From: Eremomyces bilateralis CBS 781.70
Taxonomy: Eukaryota
DNA: 64,000 nucleotides
Assembly (NCBI GenBank): GCA_010015585.1
Contig: ML975167.1
Direction: 5' to 3' (one strand)
Each line of letters starts with the position of its first letter. Positions within the stretch are counted from its first letter, which is position 1. Positions 26,094 through 38,803 of this stretch are shown here, one piece after another. A program made the position numbers and the translations under genes. Below the pieces are notes generated by a model. The model had not been told where the DNA came from. It saw only the letters and a program-made list of their open reading frames with translations, and made no database searches.

Positions 26094-26952
26094 CGTGACT
26101 TTTGGAAAGGTTGGAAATCCGTCTCGGAAGGATCGGAGCGAATCGGAACGGGATATATCAACGAGAACAGGGGCCGCGGAGCAGGTCTAGAGGCACGATG
26201 AGCCGTCTCGGACGGCGAAGAAGAGAATTAAGACAGATGAGCAGGTTGGATGACGGAGGGAGGTTGTGAGGAAGCGAAAGATTCAGAAGTTGGGGGAGAT
26301 ACTGGGGAATTGGGAGGGATGGTGGTGGAATATATTATTGTGGTGCTGAATCTTCTGCGGTTGGAATGGTTCGGGTGATGATCATCCAACTTCTGGCGCT
26401 GGCTGCTGCTACAGTTCCGACGTGGGGCGCCCATGCCGCCTCCTCCCCCGTCAGTCAGCACCAGCACATCATCTGGCGCAACCGCTGCGGATTTCGGAGT
26501 TGGCCTAGTTCGTCTCAATGGACCATGGTCGTTATCGGAGCATGTGAGATTAATATGAGATTTATTATGAGTGGCTGGTTTGCGAATGGCTTCATGAATT
26601 GAATGCGGACCGAGTCTTGATGCAGAGGACAATAGGAACGTCCGTAGTATTGTGAGCACGTCTATTGAGACCCTCCTATGGAACAGGTATTATTGTTGCA
26701 ATGATTCCTTTACAATTCACTCCGAGTCCAGTGGTTTCCATTTCTATTTCCATGTCCTTTAGCCTACTTCATATTCGACATATCTCTATACCATCAAAGT
26801 TCACTCATTGGCATGTCTAGGCTACATATTCCGTCCAGCGGATAGACAGCTGAATCCATCACCTCCACCATCGCTAAAGACTCCCTCCGAATTCTCGACC
26901 GTCCCATCGCCAAACCATCCTCCACAGTCCCCAACCCCCACCATCCATCACC

Positions 26953-27863
26953 ATGATCGAACTCCTCCTCTACGGCACCATCCCCTCCTCCCGCCACCTC
27001 CAACTCCTCAACATCCTCGCCGCCCACACCGCCATGAGCCCCGTCCCGGACAACTCCCACAACGTCCTCCTCCGCCCCGCCAAACCTCCCCCCGCCAAAC
27101 CAACCCACCTCGGCGGCTCCCAGGACATCCGTACCGCCCGCTCCCCTAGCCGCGCCGGCGCTCCCCCCGAGCAGCTGTCCATCTGCCGCGTGTCGAAGGA
27201 ACTCGGGCCCGCGGGTCGCTCGGACCGGTCGCGGCGGACGTCACGGCAGGAGGATGCGACGGGACCGGAGGCGGGGACGGAGAGCAGCGCGGTGGAGCTG
27301 GGGAATTCCATGGAGGTGAAGTTCGCGGGGAAAGATAAGACGAGCGGGATCTGGACGATGCGCGTGGAGGAGGTGCCGGAGCCGGGGCAGCGGCCGGTGG
27401 TGGTTCGGACGGTGGTGGAGACGACGCGGATCGAAGGGGATATAGGCGCGTGGGCGGAGGGGATGGGGTATGAGTACGTGCTGCCTCGCCAACCGGATTG
27501 ACCGAAGGAGAAAAAATATGTCCAGCTCACCGTTTCACTAGATTCATTTCCCATCACGTCCTCAGCGGCCACCACCTCGTCCATGGCAACCTCCTCATCC
27601 GCATCCATCGCGTCTCCCTCCTCCCGATGCCGACCGTGCTCGCATCGCTACCAAACGACGCATGTCTGCAGCTGGCGGAGCTGCCGCTGCTGGATCCGGC
27701 GGGGACGTATACCCTGGAGGTGTCGGTCCGCACTATGGACAAGGCGAAGCCGGAGCTGATCCAGGCGGCGACGGCGGAGCTAGAGGCGTTCCGCGCGGAG
27801 ATGAAGGGCGTGGTGGCGTTGAGTGTGCCGGATCGGTTGGCGATGGATACGAGGGTGCGGTGA
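26953..27863 (+). CDS. MED18: Mediator subunit Med18 (Srb5)
   Basis: Starts MIELLLYGTIP...LLNILA; WTMRVEEVPEPG; LLDPAGTYTLEVSV; ends VPDRLAMDTRVR*. Intron 27474-27541. Confidence 0.88.
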
Positions 27864-28596
27864 GGTGGTGGGAGGGAGGATTTCCATGGGACGTTTCCTT
27901 GGATGGCTGGAGCAGCTGCTTATGAGGACTGATCCGTTCCAAAAGCGCAATCAATGACCAAACTACAAGCAAGATTTCTAAACCTCAATCACAAATTCAC
28001 GTCCTGAACAACACCTGAAATTATCGTTTGATATTGATTTATGGATATCACCATTCCCGCGGACATTTAACCGCTCCGCATCCCCTGCGCCGACCTAAGA
28101 TGCCAATGCATCAATGGATTAAGCCGCTGAAGAAGCCCGCCGTCAAGGACGGGGACGGCCCCCACTGCCTCATTATGCGGGCCGAGCCACCGACCAAGGA
28201 GAATCCCTCCAGCGTTCCGTGCTGTTAAAGGGGTAGGGGATATCATAAGGGCAAAAGGATATCGTACAACCATGCGTGCCGCCCCAGGAGTCGAGAAAGG
28301 ACATTTCCCTGAAAGAAAAATCTCCAGACTTTTGGCGCGCATTTTCCTGCCCGTTTCCATGTTTTGGGTAGGGTCCGGGAACACCGAGCGAGCGAGCGAA
28401 GCCGTCTAGTCCTCGTGCTAGGCGCTTGGAAGAATAGTGTATATCGTGAGGTGTATATGTTGGTTCCTCGGTAAATGAGCTGCATGGGATATCCTCGGAC
28501 GCGTATCGATCCCATATCGTGATGGTCGTCCCGTTAAAGTCTATTAGATCGTGATCGTCGTGAACAAATGAAATCGTCGCTGGTATCCTCCTCGCG

Positions 28597-30273
28597 TCAC
28601 CGTCTCCCCTGCCTCGATGCCTTCCACCCCGTCCACAACCTCCACCACCGTTTTCTCGCGTCTCCCGTCCCGGCTCCTTGAACCGACTTCGACTGCACCC
28701 GCACCATCGGCCCGACGATATCCTCGTCGCCTCGGCGCGGGAACTTCCCCTCCGCCTCCTCCGCGCTGACGTTCGGCATGGGCATCGGCGCCGGGGCTGT
28801 CACGTCCAACGCATCCGGCTCGTCCACCTCCTCGTCGTCTACCAGCCACATGACGTGCTTCTCCGCCGCCGTGTCGATCTCGCTGCTCGACGACGAGGCG
28901 AGCGAGTTCTTCGCGACGCCTTTGCGCACTGTCCGCCAGTTCTGGCGCCACTCGGCGTCCAGCTCGGCCCATTTCTTCTCGGTGAGCTTGAACACCTTGC
29001 TGGTGGGGCCGAAGTGGTCGGCAGTGCGCACTTGGTGGCGGGTATAGTTCCCGCGCGCGATCGACCAGTCCCTGAGGAATTGGCGGTACGTCGGCGGGGT
29101 GAGATCGTCGGGGACGTACGGCTCGGGGTCGATGGTGAAGTTGGCGTGGCCGAGACGCGTGGACCAGGCGTCGCGCGGGTGGGAGATGAGGAACGAGGAG
29201 GGCTGCGAGGAGGTCTGCTTGATGGATGTGAGAGATGGGCGGGTCGATAGGGCCGGGGACGAGGTGCAGGTGACGTCGGCGGAGACGGCGGGGAGGGGAA
29301 GGAGCTCAACGGAGGGGCCAAGGACCATGGACATGGGAGAATTCGGATCGGCGACAGTGGGCGACTGGAGCGGTGAGGGTACATCGTCATTGACCTGATC
29401 GTTGGTGTTGAGGAGCGGTGGGAGGAGCGGAGTCGACGCTAGCAATTCTCGATCGATGGGCTCCACGATGGAGCGGTCCGGTATGATGATCTCCTTGGGC
29501 ACTTTCGTTCTCCTTTGCTCCCCATCGGAGGGGTCCGGATGCGGCTCGATACTTTGCGGATCGAGGTTCGGGAAGAAATCGCCTTGCTCGAACCCGGATT
29601 TCACCGAGCTCGTAAGCGACGATGACCGTGTTGATGGCGCCGCAGACAGCGTGAATGGGCCTTGGGAGTTCCGGGCAGTATTTCGCCGTCGTCTTGAGAA
29701 ACGGGTGCCGAGTCGATTGACGACTAGCTCTAGCTGGGTATTACTCGACCGATCCTTCTTGGAGCAATATGGCGAGATGCTGTCGAAGTCTTCGTTGAAG
29801 AAACCGTCCGCAAAGTCGAATTCATGGGGTTGCGTATGGATGACACTCGATCGTGACGCATTTTTGGAATCGTCCTGGACTTCGTTTCTATCGTGTTCAT
29901 CCTCTCCCTCCCAGGGATCCTCCCTCAATTGGGTCAACTTTGGTGCGCGTACCACGGCGCCTTCCAATTGCTCGGTTGACGGTGACGTTGAAGAAAGAGA
30001 GGAGGTAGCGCTTGGTATTCGTGAATGACCGCGCAATGAGAACGTTGGTGTCAATGGCGTTGAGCATTCCGAGCTCATGGATGGAAGCGACTCCCATGAT
30101 GAGATGCCAGCATATTGCGGGGCGGTCGCACCAAGGTTCAGGTTGCCGTCTTGCGAGGAATTTCTTGGAGGGTTCGGATTGCTGTTCCGTTTCGCTGGAA
30201 CGGAGGCACCCGACATGCGCTCCGGCAAAATTAGAGGGCGCAATTCACGCATGGCGAATGCATATGCCTTCAA
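28597..30273 (-). CDS. Uncharacterised Pro/Ser-rich fungal protein with a conserved-looking C-terminal helical domain
   Basis: 558-codon intronless ORF. Ordered block DAWSTRLGHANFTIDPEPY...FGPTSKVFKLTEKKWAELDAEW and KFPRRGDEDIVGPM. The true start may be the Met of MRELRPLILP at 30252. Confidence 0.8.
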   Translation of the reverse strand: MKAYAFAMRELRPLILPERMSGASVPAKRNSNPNPPRNSSQDGNLNLGATAPQYAGISSWESLPSMSSECSTPLTPTFSLRGHSRIPSATSSLSSTSPSTEQLEGAVVRAPKLTQLREDPWEGEDEHDRNEVQDDSKNASRSSVIHTQPHEFDFADGFFNEDFDSISPYCSKKDRSSNTQLELVVNRLGTRFSRRRRNTARNSQGPFTLSAAPSTRSSSLTSSVKSGFEQGDFFPNLDPQSIEPHPDPSDGEQRRTKVPKEIIIPDRSIVEPIDRELLASTPLLPPLLNTNDQVNDDVPSPLQSPTVADPNSPMSMVLGPSVELLPLPAVSADVTCTSSPALSTRPSLTSIKQTSSQPSSFLISHPRDAWSTRLGHANFTIDPEPYVPDDLTPPTYRQFLRDWSIARGNYTRHQVRTADHFGPTSKVFKLTEKKWAELDAEWRQNWRTVRKGVAKNSLASSSSSEIDTAAEKHVMWLVDDEEVDEPDALDVTAPAPMPMPNVSAEEAEGKFPRRGDEDIVGPMVRVQSKSVQGAGTGDARKRWWRLWTGWKASRQGRR

Positions 30274-33200
30274 TCGTTCGTCTCGTGCACCTGGGCTTAA
30301 GATCGTGGATTATTGCCAGGAATAGAGCTCAAGGAGCTCTGGTAAGGATGTGCACAGACGCGACTGTTGACCCTTGGTGATTTGATAGGGTCTCGTGGAG
30401 AATCCCACCGTGAAATGATGGCGATGCTGGTGACGGAAAATGATAAGATGAAAAGGGAAGAAATCGTCGCAGTGGTAGATCTCGAGTCGAATATAGCTGA
30501 GAGCGCTTGAATCTTCACCTAAATCCAAAATGTCACCGGTGCAGACCTCACTTTCTTAGTGGCAGTGGCGGGTACAACTTTTGTTATGCCACTTGCACTT
30601 CAACCGTCTGGGACCCAAGTTGGTACCGCTACCGCCCCATGAAAGATGTCCCTTGAACCCTTTCGCGTCCCCACGCACCGATTCGCTGTTGGCCGCTGTC
30701 ACGCCGTAATCGGTCTCAGGGTCCGAACAAAAAACGGAACCGACGAAAGGAGTCGCCAGCCAAATGCGTATAAAACCGGGTTTGCGTGTGGAAGGTTGGA
30801 TGAGTGATGTTGGCGAAGAATCGCGAAGAAGCGAACGACGGGTGCGAAGCGGAGTGGCGCGAAGGTATCGATTTCGACGTGCCACGATCGAGAGAGCGAG
30901 ATAGGAGTTTATTGAACACGTTGATGCGTCGTGACTGGCTTGAAAGGCCGGTTGAGTGACTTTGCCCGGTTGCTCGAAGTGTTTGGGGTTCAACCAAGCC
31001 TGAAGCGAGCCTGAGTCGATGGATTTGGCACCGTCTGCAACGCAATCCTTTTCGATTGGCTTCCTTTCGTAGGGGAAGTCGTTGGTCTTGTGTTTACGAC
31101 CAATCCGGATTGAGATGTTTCGTGGATGTGTTGCAGTTTTGGTGTAAGACGGTGGCACGGTGGTCCAGTGTGTATGGTCAGGTGAAAGTGTGCTGGAAAC
31201 CGAAAACACGGTGGTGTTGACAAACCCAGGATTTTCCCTTTTCCGCAGTTGTTTTGAGCGAATGTTGATCAACAAATAGCTGGAAATGGAAACGAAAGAG
31301 CGACTGGGAGGGACGTGGGTTTCAGTACTGCGGTGGAAGTGTGGGAACTGGAAAACGAGAAAAATGGTGATGGGCGGTGCAGGGCGATATTATGACTTTT
31401 GACTCATTTGGGAATTGAGATGACGGGCGGTTCCGCAGTGCTGGGATTTACGTGCTGGCAACACCTCAATTGTCCGGACTTTTAGAGAGAAAGAGAAGGG
31501 ATATTTGGTGGGTTGGACAATTGGACAGTCGGACAAGATGGTCGAAAAGAATCTAACTTCTAACCAAGGATCTAAGTTAACTAAAGCAATTGACAACCGC
31601 CCAGTTCTCCGTTGCGGTGTCTGCGACCAGAAGTGCGACTCCTGCGTAGTGCGCAGTGCGCAGTGCGTGGGATGGATGGATGCGGCTGCAGAAGAAGTCG
31701 GAAAGAATCATGGCCACCGGCTTTTTCTTTCTTTACCAACTTTGACGTATAAGCGATAGTCCGAAGTGACAAGCGGCTTTTCCCACCATATATGATAAGG
31801 CAAATCGCAATGAGAACCGGTAATGTTGTAAATATTGTAATATTCCTCCAGCTCCAGGGGCCCCCCTGCGTTCTTCACTTCGTCCCCTTTGCTCGGGAGA
31901 CGGGGAGGGAATTTCAAGCGAATCACCGGGATATCGCCGTGAAAAATCCAGAATTCCTCCCAATAATCAGACGCTAACTGAACCATCCTGTCCCCACTGG
32001 GTCTGTTAAACGGTCCTTTCCACCTGCATCTCCTGTCTCTAGCGGGCGTTGGGGAATCTGCTAATCGACAGAGTTGACATTTGACAACGCACACGGCACG
32101 CTGGAGTCGTAAGAGCCGTGACCACCTCGTCATATCATCACCTTACTTGTTCCTGTCGCACTTCTGACTCCTGCAGCATGGGGATAGGGGATCATGACGC
32201 GGTAACCGGTTAGTATCTCATTCGCTACTCCGGCCGGGGGAAATACTCTTTTGGAGAACTCCTACATCGGTGTCTGGCGAAAGATGACATCAAACTTTGG
32301 TGGCGTATATTGTACCTGAAAGTTATGTTACGACTTACGAGGCTGCTCTAGGGGTTAGGGCTGACCTACCCTGACTCAGGAGAAGGGACAAAAGGATACC
32401 CCATTCTAACCAACTACAATAATACAGTGGACAACCAAACTGTTTAGAAGCGGAGAGGATCAACAATGTCTAGACCACGATTCTCCATATCTAAAGTCCC
32501 AACAGACATTATTGTCTATTGACCCACGGGAGCCTTTTCTTGCTCCGACGGAGTCTTGACAAGGGGATGGCAGGTCAACTTCTGCTGTGTGAGAATGGTC
32601 CGACATATCACATAATATCTCACTTGCCCATCTCTATGCATCCACTCCGGCTCTCCTTGGTGAAAACCGGTCCGAGGTATTAGGCATTCCATACTGCACA
32701 CCGGTAACGTTTCATGCCGGTCGCGACTCAATGGTCAATTGATCAATTGGTCAATTGGTCAGTCAGGGCCATCGAAAGCACGTAAATATTTCAACCGTTT
32801 TGCCGGCCGGGCTGGTGGAGCAATGAGGTCTGGACAAAGATGACCTCCACACGCTCGGCCCTACAGCCCAAAATATCCCACTTTTCCCTCCTCTTTTCTC
32901 CGGTTCGAGTTGCTTCAATGGAAGGTGGAGCCGACGACTGTACAGTGGGTACATCGTGACGAATTTTTGCCTGGGTTGACCTCCACAGGCCCAAGCCCAA
33001 AATCCGATATCCTCAGCAGCAAAAATATTCCCGGCCATCTTGGCGTACGTATGGGGCATTTTGGAGCACATGGTTGAGGAGTAATGCTTGATCCCTGGGT
33101 GAAAAGGATCCAGGCGATTTGAATTTTTTGAAACGATATAATGCCGTAGTATGAAGTCTACATCGTGTGAGTACTTGTCGTCATGCCCTACACAATCGTC

Positions 33201-33533
33201 CGCGCCCATGATGGTCTCGACGTTGGGTACACGAGCGGTCATGTTGCGCATGTGCGGCGACAACCGGAAAGGGTAATTCATGACAACCGCCGTGGAGAGG
33301 TGTTCGGACAATTCGTCGGTCAAGTCACCGAAGTCAGTCGTCAACTAACCAACGGACAACTCACATAGTCACATGTCGCCATTATCGCACAGCAGACCAA
33401 ATCACAGATGACAGCAGAAGACGACAAGCCCGCTGCCAGCACAGCACGGCATCAGCACAACTCATAAATCACCATGAAGTTGTGCCATGGTACGGAGGAG
33501 TACCACCGTACCTGTTCCTCTGCTTGCCCAAAA

Positions 33534-33563
33534 ACCGCCAACCGCCAACCGCCAACCGCCAAC
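33534..33563. repeat. Short tandem repeat (AACCGCC)x4
   Basis: aaccgccaaccgccaaccgccaaccgccaa read directly. Confidence 0.8.
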
Positions 33564-36458
33564 AAACCAGCCCCTCTCGTAGGATTTCCTTTCCCAGCGT
33601 CCCAGCTCTCACAATCCCGATACGCCAATTGCACTAAACCACGCCCACGGACAGCGATGCAACGATCCTCCCAGCGGCCAGCGCCTCCCCCCAGCCCGGT
33701 CCCTACCGGCTACCAGCCACCAGGCACCCCATCGCCGCCATCCACGTTTTCCGTGCTCGTTAGGGACTTCCTCGCTACCGCCGACCAACGTTGGGTGGGA
33801 GGGGTAGACCAATGGGCGTGGCAGGTTCGCCGGCAAGCGTGCCACCGGCTCAAAGCTTCAAAGAGCCAGGTATCACATGTGCGTCGCGTGAAGAGTGAAG
33901 ACCCTCCCTAGTCCCTACGATTAGAGTGCTAAGGCATGCCACTGATGAAAGTTGACATGTGGTCATCCGCTTCCAATTCAACCCCCAATGACGAATTGAC
34001 GACGCTATAGGCAAATGGAATAAGACGGGAACAAAGCGGTAAACCCCAAGCGAAATGGGCGATGACAGCTATGTTTCCCATCGTGAAACCAAACAGGAAC
34101 CGCCAGCAATCCAATCCCGGATCCTCGCAGAACATGCGAGAAGCAAGCAGTCAGCGCAAAAAAACCGGGGATTCATGGCATTTGCGGGCACATCTCCCGC
34201 GCCGCGCAGATGGTCCGAAACGATTTCGGAGCAGGACAGTCAACGACCGGAAGAAGAGGGAGAGGAAAGCCGATGTCGTGCGCCCAAACCCCCAAGTCGC
34301 AAAATCCCAACAACATCAATGCGCTGGAAAAATTGAGAATCGAGAACCAACCATCCTGCATCACTTCGGCTGTAAGGCGAGAAAATGGAGAGCGCATGCA
34401 GGCCACAAGGCCACAACCGCTCTCCCTTGTCCGGGTCGATTCCCCGATCGCAGATTTGCTGCAGGCGGAACCACGTGACATCCTACCAATGCCCAGCGTC
34501 GTCCATTCATTCGTCCATCGTCATTCGTCCATCGTTCATCGTCCATCTCCCGCCTCTTGCGTCACCAGGAACACACATCGCCCCGAGGCCCGAGAGAACG
34601 GAGGCGATGGGCTCATGGATCATGGGTTTTTCGTGATTCGTGAGGCTTGATCCCTTTCATCGGTTTCATAATCCATCCATGGTTTTCAGCGCCGTACATG
34701 ATATCAAACCCCAACCCCAACCATTTTTGACAAATGACAACCGACAAGTGACGGCGTATGGGGTACATGATACATAGGGCAGGATGGAGTATAGCATTGC
34801 CTTGATGTCTTTCATGTCGATGCTTTGCCGCACGCCTCTCCGCCTCGTCTAGATCTGCCGTGTTCGCCATGTTACAGCCCATCGCCCACCGTCGTCCCGA
34901 AGTGGGGCGAGCGACTATCATGCCATCGGTCACACACATCTACTACGCCCTTCCCCAACCTCTCCCGCGATTCGGGGCGCATGCGATGCCATGCGATGCA
35001 GATGGAGACCGGTTTTCGCGAGAAGACAAAGACCAGCCTTCGGAACCAGACAGATCTCGTCGCTCCTTCCTGCATTTTGCAGCGAGCCAAAACCAGGGAA
35101 AAGCGGATGGGGTTTGTCTAGATCTCGTCGGCCGTGTCGTGAGGGACCGATTGTTTCAGACGTACGGTTGTTGGGCTGTCGAAAGCGGAGGCAGGCAGGT
35201 AGATAGGCAGATAGCAAGGGAAACAAAACATCTCGATATCAATCCCGTCCCTACTTCCCTACTGGCGCGCAAGGCTGGGCAATCGATATTCCTATCCTGA
35301 ATGCCTAGTCGCAGCGCACGAAAACGCTCTCTCCTGCGCTGGTCATTGTTGCAAGCCGCGAGCAGGCACAAAGCGACGATCAGAACGACGCGGATCAATA
35401 TCTTGCTGGCGTTTGGGAAGCACGAGACGACAGTAATCGTTCACAAGTACCTTACAGGTATGCAAGGGGAGAGGTCGAGGATTCCCTTACCCTTTTGAAC
35501 CGGTTCAAGTTACTAGATATGTAACCGTACCTGTACCTCTTTGACTGTTTGATCGCTGAGATAGAAAGAACGGGGAACAGAGGGTATTGAAGGACGTGGC
35601 GAAGATGCAATTGTAGCGCATAGACAACCACCCCCCCGTCGTTCATATGGCGTGGTCCATTTGGGGACAGGAAGCTGTGTACTCCTTGCTGTCAAGTTAA
35701 GCTTACACTGGCATTGGTAGCTATCAGAAGGAGGCAACGAGAGTCGAGATTTCGGTTGATCTTGTGCCTCCTTTCCAGGCCATGGGCAGCGATATGGTTC
35801 TTGCTTGCGGCGAGCTCCGACGACTCTCCAAGCGTGCAACCGGAGAATTGAGCGCTGTTATTGATATTGTATGTGTCCTAGTCTGTACAATATGAGCTTT
35901 CCGGCGGTCATCAACACTATGGCAACGGCATACGCTGTTGCAAGTGGCTTGTCGATTTCATGGCCAAACAGCCGTAATGCCATCTGGATGTCGCAGGTTC
36001 AGACGACGCACTCAGTATTGATATCTCCTTCGAGACGACATGCCGGCACTATTGGATATGTGAATACGCTTATGCCGCGCTACAATTGTGCAAGATGAGA
36101 TGTTTTGCAGAAGGCGAATGCTGTGAGGCCGTGGGCGTGCCCATCGTGTTCAGGACGACACGGACAACAAAACACTCCATGTCAATAATGGCAGAACTGC
36201 TGTCAAGGTTGTTGCCTTAGTGCCCTCAACAAGTGTTCATTGTTTAGAAACCACCTGATCCACGTCACCCTGGAAGCAGAGGTAGCTAGGCTGTGTAGAA
36301 CGGTCATTCATTCGAGATTGGTCGGCGTGGCCGCCGCGTATTCGTTCCTCCTCTGCCATCCACACATGGCGCAGGACGAGTATGCACTGCGGTATGAAGA
36401 TGCATCTGATCGGAAACCACAGGTATCCTCGGCCGTGGGAGCGAACCAGTCCCTGGCA

Positions 36459-38803
36459 CTAAACCCAATAATGGCTCCATATCTGCCGTTGCTCTGCTGT
36501 GCCTTCGAACTGTTGACAAGCGGGGATTAGGGTTAGTCGAGGTTCGTGGACAAGAGGGGGTGGACGAGCAAGAAACAATGCCATAGTTCGTGAACGAACG
36601 AGCAAGGAAATCGCGAGGACAATGTGAGACCGATAAATTGTTGAAACGTTTCGCAATAACGCCTTGGAAAACCGCTCATACGCACCTGGAAGTTCACCGT
36701 GACGATATCCTGAAAGCCCTCCTCGAGCTTCGGTGGTTGGTATCGTGTCGCAAACCCCGCGAATGCAACCTTCGGCAAGATGTTTCGCTTCTCAGGGTTC
36801 ATCTATAGAACAGAAACGGGTTAGTCGTGATTCCTGTCCAACTGTTTCACCATCATCTGGGGGACTCGAGTCCAATCAGATCTCGACCCTGGACTGGAAG
36901 TCGGAATATGTCGCGGGAGTATACATACCTCCTCGTGGTTTAAAGCTCGCACGACATCGTTGTGCTCGCATACCTCTGAGGGCGCAGTGAACAGGACGCA
37001 TCGGATAGGCACGTTCAGCTTTTTGGCGAGATGGACCCAATGGGCTCGTGTCTCGGGGTCCGCGTTCGTGTTGTCTGGACACCGTCGTTAGGTCTTCTAG
37101 TCTACCAAACATGTGGCCGCTTTGTTGATTGTAACCCGAGACATCAGGTCCCAATATATGTATGTCTTAGATTACCACATATGGTTGCTGGGCAATGTAA
37201 AGCGGGAAAGGGGAGTTTTCGGGGAGTTCCTTACCGACAGCAACAGAGACCTTCTTATCGGTAATGTACTCCGACGCTATTTTTAAACACCGATCTCTCT
37301 GTTCGCCAAGTCAGCCACTGCATATCTCCAGATGTTGTGGAGGGTTACGCAAGGCTCGAAGCCGAGCTACCAGCCATGGAGGGGCTTTCGCAGCATGTCA
37401 AACAAGCTAGCTGTTTGAGCCACTGCTTTATGCCATGCTCATGTGTTGTGCTGATGGAGGTGCATACCGACTTCAACAGGTCTTGGTTGACCCTTTCGTA
37501 CTCCAGTGGCTGAAGGTATTTCCAATAGAATGTTGACTTTCCACACCCTGGACTGCCGCAGAAAAGGACGATATCCAATGAATCGGTCTTGCTGAATAAC
37601 TCGACGCTAACTGGGAACTCTCAGTCAAATGCTCATGGCTATTGAATCCGGAATTCGCTTGGCGAACAGAGGTTTATGCGGGGGTTTATGCGGAGATTTA
37701 TGCGAAACTCACCAGTTCCGTTCTTGATCGCATCTTTGGCGACGTAGTTGATGGGGTCAAAGACTCTCAAGAACACACGAGGCTCTTCATTGAGGAAGAA
37801 CTCCTCCGGTGTCAGATACTTGAGGCCGATGTTGGCGGCGAAGTTCCTGTACGCACGAGCGGATGAGGTTAGGCTCGAGACGCCTCGACACTTAAGAGAA
37901 GATGATATAGAAAGCCAACATACCGGTCTGAACATGAGAAATCCTTCTTCAATTTGCCCTCTGCGGTGCGCCCGCCCGCGTCTCCTACGAACAATGACTC
38001 CTCCAGGTCGATGTCATCGTGCTCCAGGTCGGAGTCGCTCAAGAACTCCCTCCACATCCCAGGCCTTGGTTTCCGGTGCACGTCATTCGCGGTGGCCGCA
38101 TAGATCCCTATGGTCGGAATGTCAAGCTGCGTAAGTACGGCCGCAGCCTTCGACTTGAAGTCATGGAGGCGTTTCGTGTGCGCCTTTGGCAATTTGGGGT
38201 TATGGTTTAGGTTGATTCCTCCTTGATTGCTCACTATCGCAAGAACATACCTGCTCCGGACATGATGTCAGTCCCATTTGGACGGTAAAGGAAGTTTGGT
38301 AGAGGTGGGTAGATGGACCGACCCAAACTTACCCTTTGTCTCGCAAAGATCTCAGGATGCCAGGCACAGATGGATGCCACCACTTCCAATCATTCGCATC
38401 ACGAGCGAACTTGTTGCCCGACAAAGGAGCAATAATTGTTGAGTCCTTTCAATAAGTTAGCCATGATGATCCAACGACGTCCCAACGGTACGAACAAAGT
38501 CAAAAGCGGCGACTTTAATCTTGGCGCCATCAGCGGAGTGGATTTGCTTGGGCGAAAAGTCGGAAAACCGTCCCACGAGAAGGCTCCCATTGACTTCTCG
38601 CCATTTGATAGGATCTGGCAGCTTCTGAGATGACGGGGTAAAGAAGTTTGCGACCGTTTTCTCTACCTCATAGTCAATATCTATTTCTTTCGTTTGGGAG
38701 CTCCGTTCTTACGAGTCGTTGTTGATATTTGTCGTCTTTTTCCAGGAGGCGGCGACACTTTGCCTTCCAGCAAGTTAGGCCTTTTGTCTCCGGCCTTTGA
38801 CAT
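36459..38803 (-). CDS. PNK1: Bifunctional polynucleotide 5'-kinase/3'-phosphatase (PNKP/Pnk1)
   Basis: HAD motif [53 protein letters not shown]-loop [19 protein letters not shown]; ends QIWSHYWV*. About 9 introns. Confidence 0.95.

Noticed and set aside
32351..32360. GGGGTTAGGG telomere-like motif in the gene-free interval
   Set aside because: Only about 1.5 repeats, expected by chance; I could not recognise any flanking telomerase RNA structure.
30556..33344. ORFs 30556-31275 (239 aa) and 32763-33344 (193 aa) on the - strand
   Set aside because: Non-ATG starts, no recognisable motifs, no codon bias like neighbouring genes and no supporting splice structure.
33943..33950. CTGATGA, a possible C-box or hammerhead core
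   Set aside because: No matching D-box with terminal stem and no hammerhead stems nearby.
36527..36536. TTAGGGTTAG (CTAACCCTAA on -), resembling a telomerase RNA template or telomeric seed
   Set aside because: It coincides with the CTAAC branch point of the last PNKP intron; there is no array and no room for a separate long RNA.
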